A DNA stretch of 20,205 nt from Ginkgo biloba (GCA_024626585.2 JANKJI020000001.1:8363223-8383427), one strand, 5' to 3'. Numbered from the stretch's first letter, positions 1-10,870 are shown. Numbers and translations are program-made. Notes: generated from the sequence alone by a model not told the origin.

Positions 1-263
1 AGATGAAGGGGAAAACCATGATCTAAATATCTTAACTATACTTTAAAATACATACAAAATACTCTTCTTAAAATGATTTTCTTTTTTAAAAAATATTTAT
101 GATAATATTAATAGTTATAATATCCTAATACCATTATTAAAGGAAGGAGATTAACAAGATATGTTCTTGAAGGATCATATTTTGGTAAGAAAAATATATG
201 ACCTTGGCTATAAAAGCAAAGGAATTACAGACCTAAGGATTAAAATAAATAAGATAGAGGTAT

Positions 264-1065
264 GAAGGGATACATATCACCCTAGGGGTCATAAATCCCT
301 CCCATATGTAGTTTTTTGATGAAGTAATAACCATGAATGGGGCTAATCCAAGGGAAATTAAAAGCATGGATAAAGAACTATAAAGCTTCCTAAGATCCTT
401 CGAGGGAACTATAAATAATTTAAAATCTTAAATATTCCTTGTGAAATGAACTAATGGATTACATCACAAACTTATTCATTCTATGGGATTTGGGAAAGGT
501 GTTTTCCCTTTAAGGTATTTAGGGGTCTCGATCTCCCCAACCAGATTAAAATATTTTGATCAGGACTGGATTTTAGACAAAATGAAAAAAAAATTGAGGC
601 TTGTGGCTATCACTAGTTATCCATAGTTGGAAGGTTACAAATCATTAAATCTATTTTACCCTCCTTACCAATTTTTTCTTGCTCAACTTTTGTTGCACTG
701 ATTGGTAGTTTGAAAAAAATAGAAATATTTTGAGAGATTTTTTATGGAAAGGATAAAAAATGGAGAAAAATATTAGTCTAGTCAAGTGGGCTAAATTTTG
801 TGCCCCTAAATCCATGTGGGGGCTATGTATTCATATGCTTCAACTCCTTAGTATGGATTTGGGGGCCAAAATATATTAGAGGTTGATCTCTAGGTCATTA
901 TTCCTTTGGAAACAGGATCTGCTTGCTAAATACTATGGGAATAGTCAACAAGAAGAGGTTTCTAAGAAAGATGAGTGTCCAACAAGGACATGTTCCTACC
1001 TAAATATATTTATATCTAGACCTCTTATTAACTCTAGTATATCTTGGAGGATTAATGATGGTGGG
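264..1065 (+). mobile_element. Decayed L1-clade LINE ORF2 fragment (C-terminal half of RT and downstream conserved region), with stops and frameshifts
   Basis: Manual translation: EGIHITLGVINPSHM*FFDE (consensus SHLQFADD) from 264; TINNLKS*IF; MGFGKGVFPLRYLGVSISPTRLKYFDQDWILDKMKKKL from 483; then across frameshifts LSIVGRLQIIKSILPSLPIF, LRDFLWKG, LVKWAKFCAPKSMWGLCI, LWKQDLLAKY, ISWRINDG. This is the ordered motif series of plant L1 ORF2. Truncated by the 100-N gap at 1066. Confidence 0.92.
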
Positions 1066-1699
1066 NNNNNNNNNNNNNNNNNNNNNNNNNNNNNNNNNNN
1101 NNNNNNNNNNNNNNNNNNNNNNNNNNNNNNNNNNNNNNNNNNNNNNNNNNNNNNNNNNNNNNNNNAAGAGCTAAGTACTGGGGTATGTATCAATTTTTAA
1201 CTAACACATCATCATCTCCAGACATGCCCACCCTCTCTATAGTGTATGGATAATATTATGTGTTAGATTAAATATACATTAAAAATTTACTCAATAGATA
1301 AAATTTTGAACATATGACTTTAAATTTCTAACTAGGACATGACACAACTTTAGATATTGACATTTCAACTTTTTCAAGAATCAATAACATATAGAAAACC
1401 ACACACTTGTTACCAAAAATCCATGAAATGACATAAACAATACAATACTTCCAATAATGAATTATTGGCACTAAATTTCTATTAATGACTCCCTCACTAG
1501 TATTAATTATTAATGACCCAAACTTATTCACTCCCTATGATACATGGAAATATACATTATATTCAATGCATGGTGTTAATCCAAAATAAGTACCAAAATT
1601 TTACACTTGATAATAACCTATTATTTTAGATATAAAGACAATTCCAATCAACATAAGTCAATTTTTACAACAACATATTTTTCTCACAACAAACATCCT

Positions 1700-3170
1700 T
1701 AGAAACACCCAACCAAAATTTTGGAATTCCTCCTCATCATATGGCACAATCATCAACCAATCGACCTCATGCCACAACAAGAAAAATTTCAACAATAACT
1801 ACCACTTGGTATAGATCAAACTCCACTTGAACACACATCATTAAATCCCACTTATTCAAGTAGATATATTTCTACCCATTGACAACAAATCCCACAATAA
1901 GTTGTTGGTGCCACATCATATCCTATTCAACATATACTTAGGACAATGCATGAAGCTCTCCAAAAATATATATTTATTCCATATCACCAACTTCCATTAA
2001 AACCTATATTACAACAACATTCCATTCTATAATAAGCCATTTATGCATCATACATTACACAAATTTTCTCACATATTGGTGTAGCACAAGGGAAACATTT
2101 TTATCCCTAATTAAACTTTCACTCAACCACCTATACTGCCATATCAAACCATATGAATTAATTTTTAACAAACCAATGTCCTATAAGCAAATGTTAGAAA
2201 CCAACCATAAGACCAAGTCATTCAATCTATAACAAGATTAAAAAAATCCTACATGAATTATATGAATAATCCTTTATTAATGGCTATTATTCCATATTGC
2301 ATGCCCGAACTTCCAAAGTTTGATGGGTATTTAGGATACTATCGTACTACCCATATAAATTATTATGAATTGGTTTATATACATATCCTACAATAACTTG
2401 GTTCTGAAAATGTTCTTATAATCACTCACTAGAGAAACACTCAGATCATTCTTTAGACTTTTAAAAAATTCTATATCTACCTTTTATTAACTAGTGGATA
2501 TCTTTATAAGGTACTTTTACTTTAGAAAACCATATGATATCAAAATTAGATATTTATTTACTTTAAAATAAGAGAATAATGAGTTTAATTATGAATTTGT
2601 GTGCAAATTCAGATCCCTAGTTCACTCATATACCATACCATTTTATATAGGACAAATCTATGACTTGTTCATTAATGCGCTTAAACTTTATGTTCACTTC
2701 ANNNNNNNNNNNNNNNNNNNNNNNNNNNNNNNNNNNNNNNNNNNNNNNNNNNNNNNNNNNNNNNNNNNNNNNNNNNNNNNNNNNNNNNNNNNNNNNNNNN
2801 NNNNNNNNNNNNNNNNNNNNNNNNNNNNNNNNNNNNNNNNNNNNNNNNNNNNNNNNNNNNNNNNNNNNNNNNNNNNNNNNNNNNNNNNNNNNNNNNNNNN
2901 NNNNNNNNNNNNNNNNNNNGACAATTGAAATATACCATAAATACCATGAGAAAATTTGGTATATAACCTAAGAAAGAACAATCTAAAGAGGATGATAAGG
3001 AAAAAAGGGAGACAAGAACCATTCTCCCTAATGAACAAAATCTCAAACCTTCTAAATAAAAAAGAATCATCATATTCAATGACCAAAATTTCATAAGACA
3101 TGTTCAACCATGAGGTATAGTTTAACTACACAAATGTTTTGGATATGAAAAGAATAGTTGTACTTTTTTG
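1700..3170 (+). mobile_element. Decayed Ty3/Gypsy gag (Retrotrans_gag-type, possibly Tat/Athila-like) with low-complexity N-terminal region and degenerate zinc knuckle
   Basis: From 2301: MPELPKFDGYLGYYRTTHINYYE, then after a frameshift LVLKMFL*SLTRETLRSFFRLLKNSISTFY*LVDIFIRYF...LFTLK*ENNEFNYEFVCKFRSLV...LFINAL (gag consensus LFPxSLxGxAxxWFxxLPxxSIxSF...KQxxxESxxxFVxRF). After the gap: HKCFGYEKNSC at about 3129-3161 (HxxxGHxxxxC remnant). The assignment of 1700-2300 (P/H/S/T-rich, e.g. PPHHMAQSSTNRPH) is less secure. Confidence 0.8.
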
Positions 3171-3400
3171 GGCCTTTAATATCAATCCTTCAATAATAAT
3201 AACTAAAGCTTAAAACCAAATAACGAATAATTTTTTTTATCAAGATACCTTTCCTAATCATGATAATAATAAAGGAGAGAGTAAGTAAAAAACTAAAATA
3301 ATAGAAAATAAAAAATAAAATAGAAATTTAGACAAATCATCTTTATCTATGAAATAAGAAAAGGAATTATCCCANNNNNNNNNNNNNNNNNNNNNNNNNN

Positions 3401-4100
3401 CAAGGAAATTAGTTCATTTCAAGAAATTCACTAATGGGTATAAGGTTTTAGAACCTTTTACCTTCACATCCCTTGTCCACTTATCTTTTTGACATGGATT
3501 CTATAGGAAAAAGGGAGAAAATCTTATGCATTCATTATCATTATCATTATAAGGTATTCAATATGGCATCTCATGTCTACTTCTTAAATAAAGATCAATT
3601 GAGAAGACTTGGCATTATACTTTTCAACATTCATAAGGCTTGAGCATCATTGAACACAAGGGTTTGTATCTTGACATCATAGAAATATTTGGTCCATTTA
3701 TTTTAGTATGTCTACTTCTTCCAAGGGAGAAGGAATGGAGGAGAAAGATAAGACTAGCATTTAGTCCATTATATAGGCATCACTTGGTAATTACATTCAT
3801 CCTTTGTATCCATCTTATCTCCTTTAATAAAATATACACCTTGGAGATCAAACTCATGTTCTATTATTGTTGTTATTGCTTTCTCATTAAGGTTAAGGTC
3901 ATTTTATATTAGTATACCTATATTTATTTCCTTTGAGTAAATCTTATATTGTTCTCTTTTTCATTCATTATTATAGGTGTTTTCATCCATCTAGGAATTC
4001 ACTTCAAGCCCCCAAGGGATCAATCTCATCTAAGGAGACACTCATTACTCATCTTATATAAGGACTTCAAATGCCATACACAATCATTTGTAATATGTTA
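3401..4100 (-). mobile_element. Fragment of the post-protease tail region of the Gypsy family seen at 15470-17453
   Basis: 3844-4100 aligns nearly gap-free with 15655-15924 (gagatcaaactcatgttctattattgttgttattgctttc vs gagatcaaactcgtgtttcattattgttgctattgctttc). The minus-strand translation KREQYKIYSKEINIGILI*NDLNLNEKAITTIIEHEFDL matches EREQEKMCSKEINISILIWNDLDLEKKAIATIMKHEFDL. 3401-3843 is assigned mostly by contiguity. Confidence 0.8.
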
Positions 4101-4260
4101 NNNNNNNNNNNNNNNNNNNNNNNNNNNNNNNNNNNNNNNNNNNNNNNNNNNNNNNNNNNNNNNNNNNNNNNNNNNNNNNNNNNNNNNNNNNNNNNNNNNN
4201 ACATTTTATTATTCTCACACCCCCTACTTTCAATTTCATATGATCTTTGAAAGCATTTAC

Positions 4261-5130
4261 CATTTTTTTGTCTTTATTGCTTTCTCAACTTCCATTTGAA
4301 CAACTTTGTATAATGCATCATGATATGTTTTTGGACTACCTTGTTTAACCTAAGCTTTGGTGCTCAAATTTAAACTAGCCATGAACTAATTAATTTTTTA
4401 TTATTATGGAATGGTGTAGGGTAATTTTCTAACTAAAGATTTAAATTGTCCTTCATAATCTCTAATGGATTCATATTTTTTTTATTGAAGATACTTCAAC
4501 GCATTGAAATAAATATGTGTAGGTTCAAGATTCGCATAAGTATATTTACATGTAATTTCTACTACACTCTACTCTTGCTAATTATGAATGGTGTTGGTAT
4601 TTTTATACTAATATTAAGCTAATCCTATAAGAGTTGCAATAAACCCTCTCCAATTAATGATATCATATGTTACACCTCTAGCATTCTAGATACATTCATA
4701 AGTAAAGAGATGTATTTCTCGATCTCCACTTCCATCAAACATTGGAAGTCTCAAAGAGACCTTTGTAATGTTTATTGTCATTCTAGAACTTCCAACATTA
4801 CTTGCTAATGATGCTACCATTAAGTAAATAACTTCTCTTGAAGTTATGTTGCTTGTTAACCACCTTGAAGCTTTATTAGCTCTTATCTCTGGTTCTTAAA
4901 GTTTTTTTTGTACTTCTTCTAGCAATTTCTCTAGTTTCTCTAATATTTTACCTTAAAGATTATGAATCTTTAAGAAATCTTTAGATATTTTAAATAATTC
5001 AACAATTCTATAATAATTCTTCCTTTCCTAATAAGTTTAGAGAAATTTAACGCGCATTACTACTTAACAATCAATACAGTACTAAATTATGATGATTATT
5101 TCAATAATTTTCTAATTCAAAGCCCTTGTC
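4261..5130 (-). mobile_element. Decayed Ty3/Gypsy gag with coiled-coil-like N-terminal extension
   Basis: Single frame on the minus strand: KILEKLEKLLEEVQKKL...LRLPMFDGSGDREIHLFTYECI*NARGV...FIATLIGLA*Y*Y...LKYLQ*KKYESIRDYEGQFKSLVRKLPYTIP***KIN*FMASL...PKTYHDALYKVVQME. It shows capsid motifs LPxFDG, WY, QxxxESIxDYxxxF and WFxAGL. Most stops are single transitions from Q or W codons. Confidence 0.88.
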
Positions 5131-5151
5131 ATAAAGACTGTCCTCGCAGGG

Positions 5152-5195
5152 TTTAATTTTTTCCTGCTTATTTGCACCGATATTTATCTTCAGGT
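5152..5195 (+). other. Candidate 3' splice acceptor in the 5' UTR (T-rich tract ending tatcttCAG|GT; exon would start at 5194)
   Basis: tttaatttttttcctgcttatttgcaccgatatttatcttcag|gt: T-rich tract, branch-like TTTAAT and CTTAT, and CAG|GT. A second CAG|G lies at 5147-5150. Motif evidence only. Confidence 0.35.
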
Positions 5196-5248
5196 TGGGT
5201 TAGGTTTTCGAAACCCGTGTAGGGAATTTTTGATTCTGAGAGGGAATA

Positions 5249-5486
5249 ATGTGTGGAGGTTCGATTATCTCCGATTTTATCCCCATCAGCCGTTCTCGGC
5301 GTGTGACGCCCAAGCATCGATGGCCCGATTTCGAGAAATTCTCCGAATTTATCAATGGAAATGCTTCGCAGCCCTTGAATGATTTCGATAGCTCCGGTGA
5401 CGATTTCCTGAACTTTGATGCCGCTTATGAACAAAAGTCTAACAAGGGTTTTCCATTGCCAAAGCTGGGGCAGGAGTTTTCTTCAG
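5249..5486 (+). CDS. ERF-VII: First coding exon of a group VII ethylene response factor (ERF-VII, RAP2.2/RAP2.12/RAP2.3 family); partial, AP2-domain exon not in window; intact gene versus orphan fragment unresolved
   Basis: ATG at 5249 gives MCGGSIISDFIPISRSRRVTPKHRWPDFEKFSEF, matching the diagnostic MCGGAII(S/A)DFIP...RSRR(V/L)T...(L)WPD N-terminus, followed by an acidic DFDSSGDDFLNFD segment. It is open for 79 codons plus 1 nt, up to TCAG|GTATGC. ERF-VII genes typically have an intron upstream of the AP2 domain. About 22 CpGs lie in 5140-5530, versus 2 in bases 1-1000. Confidence 0.9.
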
Positions 5487-5492
5487 GTATGC
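5484..5492 (+). other. 5' splice donor CAG|GTATGC (intron starts at 5487, phase 1)
   Basis: Close match to the plant donor consensus AG|GTAAGT, located where ERF-VII-like coding sequence ends; T-rich intron-like sequence follows. Confidence 0.8.
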
Positions 5493-5539
5493 GGAATGCT
5501 ATGAATCTAGGTTTTCTCTGGATTCGCCGTTTTTGGAAC

Positions 5540-5691
5540 TTCATCTTATTTTCATTATCTATGGGGGGTATTAATTGGGTGTAATAGTTATATTTCTATA
5601 AATACTTATTACTTTTTATAGTAGACATCATGGATCTTAAAATAAATTTGCAAAATCTTATAATACATCAATCCACTTGGTGTTTTTCTTC
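5540..5691 (-). mobile_element. Short fragment of the same Gypsy family as 15470-17453 (protease-RT linker and start of the tail)
   Basis: Aligns with 15939-16090: atggatcttaaaataaatttgcaaaatc vs atggatcttaaaatacatttgcaaaatc, and ttcatcttattttcattatctat vs ttcatctcatttgcattatctat. Translation DVL*DFANLF*DP vs NVLNDFANVF*DP. Confidence 0.85.
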
Positions 5692-6119
5692 AATTCTAAT
5701 TTTTTTCTTAGTGTGTAATAGTCCCACCTCTTAAACATGTATGATAAAAGATCATAGTAGTAAAAATAATTAGATTAAAAATCATAAATAAATATTCATT
5801 TGTGTAAATAATAAGTAAAATCACATACAAACTTAAAATACTAGACTATAGGGATGAGGGTGTCTTACATACATAAACTAGAAACTATTACTGGCTTGCG
5901 AGAATCATTTTAATGGATTTACTTGACTACCAACCAAACCTATAGTGTATAAATGATAACTACTATCACCAAGAAACTTCACAATTTGATTCCACCCCCT
6001 ATAACCAATAAGAGTTCTAGGTATAGGTCTATTTCAATCTCTCTTTGGTACTAGTGTTATTCTCCAGTGTGATACCTATCCCACTAAAAGTAAATGAATA
6101 CAAGCATATTAATTACATA

Positions 6120-6630
6120 ATGTGAGAGAATAAATATATGTTCATAAAATATATATCAATGCAAGTAATTCATTAATATGTATGACCTATTATGGCTACT
6201 GGTACAAACCAAAATACCATAACAACTCCCAAGGGTTTTTCGGATGCTAGCCCTACCCTCACTGCCAAAAAATCTATGACATATGTTTGTATAAATTCTC
6301 AAAAGTGGGTTATCACTCTGGTATTATCCATAGCCACACCAAGAACATATAATATACCTATAATGAATCCCATCAATAGTTCTATGTTAAGGTTTATACC
6401 TCTAATAGGATAAGTTTCTAAAGACTAAGTTTATAATCTATCAATAAAGAGAAAAAAATACATATAAAACCCTAATATCTATACATACGCAATAACTATT
6501 ATCATTAATGAAAAATATCCCTATGATTAGGGGTTCCCTACTACAAAGGGGTCTAAATATTCAATTTCATGGGAAAATGATCCATAGGCATGCATAAATA
6601 AGTAAATTATAGATTTTAAACCATATTATT
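6120..6630. repeat. Dispersed non-coding repeat, probable LTR fragment (copy 1)
   Basis: 6191-6630 is colinear with 13464-13900. Shared anchors: tatggcta, aagggtt, exact ccctaccctcact (6251 and 13524), tataaat-ctca, ccctaat-tctat, ccctact. A similar TG-starting motif occurs at 6121 (tgtgagagaa) and 13254 (tgtgggagaa). Confidence 0.75.
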
Positions 6631-6802
6631 ATAATATAGTCACAATATATGTAACATCACTAATAATAGTAAATAATAATTATAGTTTACTAATAGTAAG
6701 GANNNNNNNNNNNNNNNNNNNNNNNNNNNNNNNNNNNNNNNNNNNNNNNNNNNNNNNNNNNNNNNNNNNNNNNNNNNNNNNNNNNNNNNNNNNNNNNNNN
6801 NN

Positions 6803-7600
6803 CTATTGTCCTATGGTATGCGGATTGGATTTATCTATTAGAGGAGGATATGGGACTTGTTGACATCCATATGGAGGATGTTGAGCATTTTATTGTTGAC
6901 CAATTTGTTAAGGAGGTGTACTCGGATGTTGGCCACCATTTGAAGAGGTACAATGTGATGTTTATGTGAACATCCATCTAGAGGAGTAAAAATTTATGAA
7001 GATTCTTTATGTTGTGAAGGGGATATTAAATCTTGGAGGGAATTCAAAATTTACTTGTGTAGTATATTGAATAGGAGTAATTACAAAATGGTTCTTAAAT
7101 GGAGGAGTTTCCCCTAAAATTTTTTCATTAGGACTTTGAAGGAGGGGTATATTCCTTTCAAAAGGGACAACTACATAATGTCTCATAGATGGAACATTTT
7201 TTCTAATCATAGGAGGATCAATATGAATGAAGGGGAGACACCAAAAGGGGTGTTAAATTATTTTGAAAGACTTCGTCCAAAAGGGAAAGGGTTCCATTGA
7301 ATTTATTATTTAAAAGGAACGTTCATAAACATATTGGCCATTTGTGAGTAAAGAGAGTTAACAACCATTTGTTTATTCTATAAAATATTGCTATCCTATA
7401 CAAGAGATAATTTAGAAATTTGTTCTTTAAATTATTGTTGTTATTATGTGAGAGGGTCATTGGATGAACTTCTAGAATTAGCTCGTTAGGATGAAGAATC
7501 TTCTTGAGAAATATTAAATAATGTTGACACAAAATACACCATATGATCATGGGAAGATTCAATTTGTGGAACTTACCTCATCCTAATGGGTTCTAATGGA
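6803..7600 (-). mobile_element. Decayed P/Q/S-rich reading frame, probably the low-complexity N-terminal part of a Gypsy gag
   Basis: Minus strand: SQEDSSS*RANSRSSSNDPLT**QQ*FKEQISKLSLV*DSNIL*NKQMVVNSLYSQMANMF, then PPFKNHFVITPIQYTTQVNFEFPPRFNIPF and QQ*NAQHPPYGCQQVPYPP. Stops are mainly TAA/TAG in Gln-rich context. No diagnostic domain reached before the gap. Confidence 0.4.
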
Positions 7601-9699
7601 GACCCATTTATAGGGGAATTAGGATTATGAGATTAAATTTCCTCAAACCTCCTAACCTTTGAAGAAAAATCTTATCTAGAAGGGGACTTTAAATCTCCTA
7701 TTGGGATGAATGGAGGTACTTTTGGGCATGTAGTACTTGCTTCTAAGAAAAGGGATTGATAAAAAATTGGATGGGTAAGCCCTCTATAAAAATATGTGGT
7801 GAAAAAATAGGATAAAGTGTGGCATGGGAAAAATCCATAGTGCTTAATGAAGAAAATATGTGGTGTAAATAGGTAAACACATAATGCAAACATAGAAAAT
7901 TGAATGTTATTTGAATAAAAAAATATATGAGAAATTCATGAATAGGGAAAGGATGGACCTAAAAATTGATGCAAATAAGGATTAGAATCCAATATATTAG
8001 TAAGAAAACATCAAGACTACTATAAAAGGAAGGTAAGTCCAATTATATAATAAAATAATTAATAAAAAAGAAAGAAAGGCAATATGGATTCCAATGGAAA
8101 GNNNNNNNNNNNNNNNNNNNNNNNNNNNNNNNNNNNNNNNNNNNNNNNNNNNNNNNNNNNNNNNNNNNNNNNNNNNNNNNNNNNNNNNNNNNNNNNNNNN
8201 NNNNNNNNNNNNNNNNNNNNNNNNNNNNNNNNNNNNNNNNNNNNNNNNNNNNNNNNNNNNNNNNNNNNNNNNNNNNNNNNNNNNNNNNNNNNNNNNNNNN
8301 NNNNNNNNNNNNNNNNNNNNNNNNNNNNNNNNNNNNNNNNNNNNNNNNNNNNNNNNNNATTACTAGTATAAAATTACATACATTAAGAAGGATAATAGTC
8401 ATAAATATATTGAGATAATAGGGAGAAAGAGAGACATAATTATTTTTCAAATAAAATATTGATGCAAACGAGTAAGGTTGAACAAATAGAACGTCCTCGG
8501 TAAGCAAGGATGCGTACCTTACATGGAATCAATCCTTCTCCCCTCTCTCTTAATGAGAAACTACTCTCACATATAATGGATGAAATANNNNNNNNNNNNN
8601 NNNNNNNNNNNNNNNNNNNNATTGACTTGTGATGTGTAGTAAGAACAAATGAATTCTTCTCAATAATTTACAATCATAAACGATAGACGATATGCATGAT
8701 AAAATGATATGTGATACTATGATTGAATATTTTCCATTCATTTTCTATATTTATCCCAAAGGCATAATAATGATATATGTGTCCCTATGTGATGTACCTT
8801 CTTGGTAATTAGATGATTTATCAAAGTATGCAAAAGAATATGGTTAAAATCCAATGGGATAATCTTCTCTACCATTTTTTATACTCTCTAATACATTAGA
8901 AATTATCTCTCTGTCAAACTATATGGTTAAATATTTCTCTCTTTATGGAATTTGTACAATATCATGTAAACGTGTGCACTTATAGTGAATACCGTATCAA
9001 TGCATACATCTAGAGTGCACACTTATGCAGTATAGTGTTTGTTCGATGTAAAAATATAATATTGTGCATAGAAATACAATGTGCTCTACAAATCAATCGT
9101 AAATAAAAAAATAAATTTTAAGAATGTGTGCCTTCTACATTAAGCCAAAAAATGATCCGTACTTGTCCTACAAACCTACCAAATCAATTACAAAATATCC
9201 TAAATAATATTCTATGAACACTTGGATATTTGGTTACTAAGATCATCATAATCAACTAAAGATTCAAAGATATATCAAAGCAAGAACCTTTCACAAGACT
9301 TAGGAAAATAAAAAATCTCTCTTTATTNNNNNNNNNNAATACAATTTAAGAATACAAAATGTTAAGAGTGTGTGAGAATACACCTAAAACTCTTTTCTAT
9401 GAGAAGAATCCTTAGTTATAATTAGTATATCCCTTACAAATATCCCATGCAATATTTTCACTAATCCTACTAACCTCATAATCTTTAGTCAATGGATATT
9501 ACAGGCAATATTATGAATAATAATATTCCTTTTCACATACATTAATTATCCCATAGCTAATTAAATAAGATATTTTATTATCCCATAGATAATAAAGTGT
9601 TTGAGAAAGGGATGAGATAGAGAGAGAAAATCTAATGTAGTAAAACTCTCCAATGAATCTCCTATGGTCATAACCTCCTCAACAAACTTAAACTCCATA

Positions 9700-9725
9700 G
9701 GACTATATGATATCCCCCTCCTAGT
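9700..9725 (-). mobile_element. Possible polypurine tract and LTR boundary
   Basis: The minus strand reads aactAGGAGGGGGA followed by tatcatatagtcc. This resembles a PPT followed by a deaminated TGTCA LTR start. Motif only. Confidence 0.3.
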
Positions 9726-10309
9726 TGAGATTACACATTATATTTATGATAATTAAAGTCTATAGTTGAGTTTAAGTAAATATTTAAAATATTCAATGAA
9801 TTTTGAATAACTTGTGGCAAGAAAATTTTGGAATATAACTCCACAATTACAAGAATTCATATGGTTGTTATGAATATTTTAAATTTGTGTGAGTTAATGG
9901 ATAAANNNNNNNNNNNNNNNNNNNNNNNNNNNNNNNNNNNNNNNNNNNNNNNNNNNNNNNNNNNNNNNNNNNNNNNNNNNNNNNNNNNNNNNNNNNNNNN
10001 NNNNNACTAACCAGAATGGTTAATATTTATAATATAATCACAAAAATACACATATTAGTTGTACTAGTCACAAACTAACTAGGAAATAGAATACATTCTA
10101 GTGACCAAGTGACTGGTAGATACATTCAAACCCAGTCACTATCATGGTTTATCATACATGCATTATGAGAAAAGGAAATTCAAAAGGGTAAAATAGAAAT
10201 GGTATTAAAATATTTAGGGCATGGGTTTGATCATGAAATCATACTCCTTCAGTCAACAACCTTCATAGAAAATATCACCAAATCATCAAATAGTAATAAG
10301 AAAAATAAT

Positions 10310-10870
10310 CACTTATCAATGATCTAATTTACTCACTCTATTTGTTCTTAAGTCTAAAAATGGCCACCAATACTAAAATATAACTTAGTCCCCAATGCAT
10401 AAAATATTGTTTTCCATACATGACTATTTCTATCACCACCACTCACAATGCTTTTTTAAATTCCATACTTAGTAAATACTTTCAAAATTAGGATATTAGT
10501 TATATCTTGAGTAAGAAATCAAATTATCCATCTATATAAGTTGATCTATAACAACTAATATTTGGTCATGCTACATATATATTCTTGGTAGAGATGTTAC
10601 AAAATACATAGATATACTTTCCTATTTTATTTAAGGGATAGGTAATAGAACTAACAACCCTCCTGATGGATCACTACACCTTATTGATTTGGCACTACTC
10701 TCATGTTTTAATATAATATATAATTTCTTTTCTCATTTTTTTTAATTAACATACTTATTTACATATTCATATGTTTTATCCCCACCTATATGGCTAGAAA
10801 AGAAACTATCATGCAACTCATACAAAATTTAATACTTGAGTTAAGCGATATCTAAGATAACCACTATGTC
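10310..10870 (-). mobile_element. Decayed Ty3/Gypsy integrase (HHCC zinc finger and rve core)
   Basis: Across frameshifts: ILYELHDSFFSSHIGGDKTYE; MRKEIIYYIKT*E*CQINK; GLLVLLPIP*IK*ESISMYFVTSLPR...HDQILVVIDQL; KYGI*KSIVSG; WKTIFYALGTKLYFSIGGHF*T*EQIE*VN*II. These match the Gypsy integrase motifs GLLxPLPIPxxKWESISMDF and HPQTDGQTERVNQ in order. Confidence 0.93.

Noticed and set aside
5168-5434. 88-aa minus-strand ORF
   Set aside because: Antisense shadow of the GC-richer ERF-VII exon; no recognisable motif.
8965-9029. Inverted repeat gtgtgcact...agtgcacac
   Set aside because: The perfect stem is only 9 bp with a 33-nt loop, with no TSD or miRNA-like extended pairing; too weak to call.
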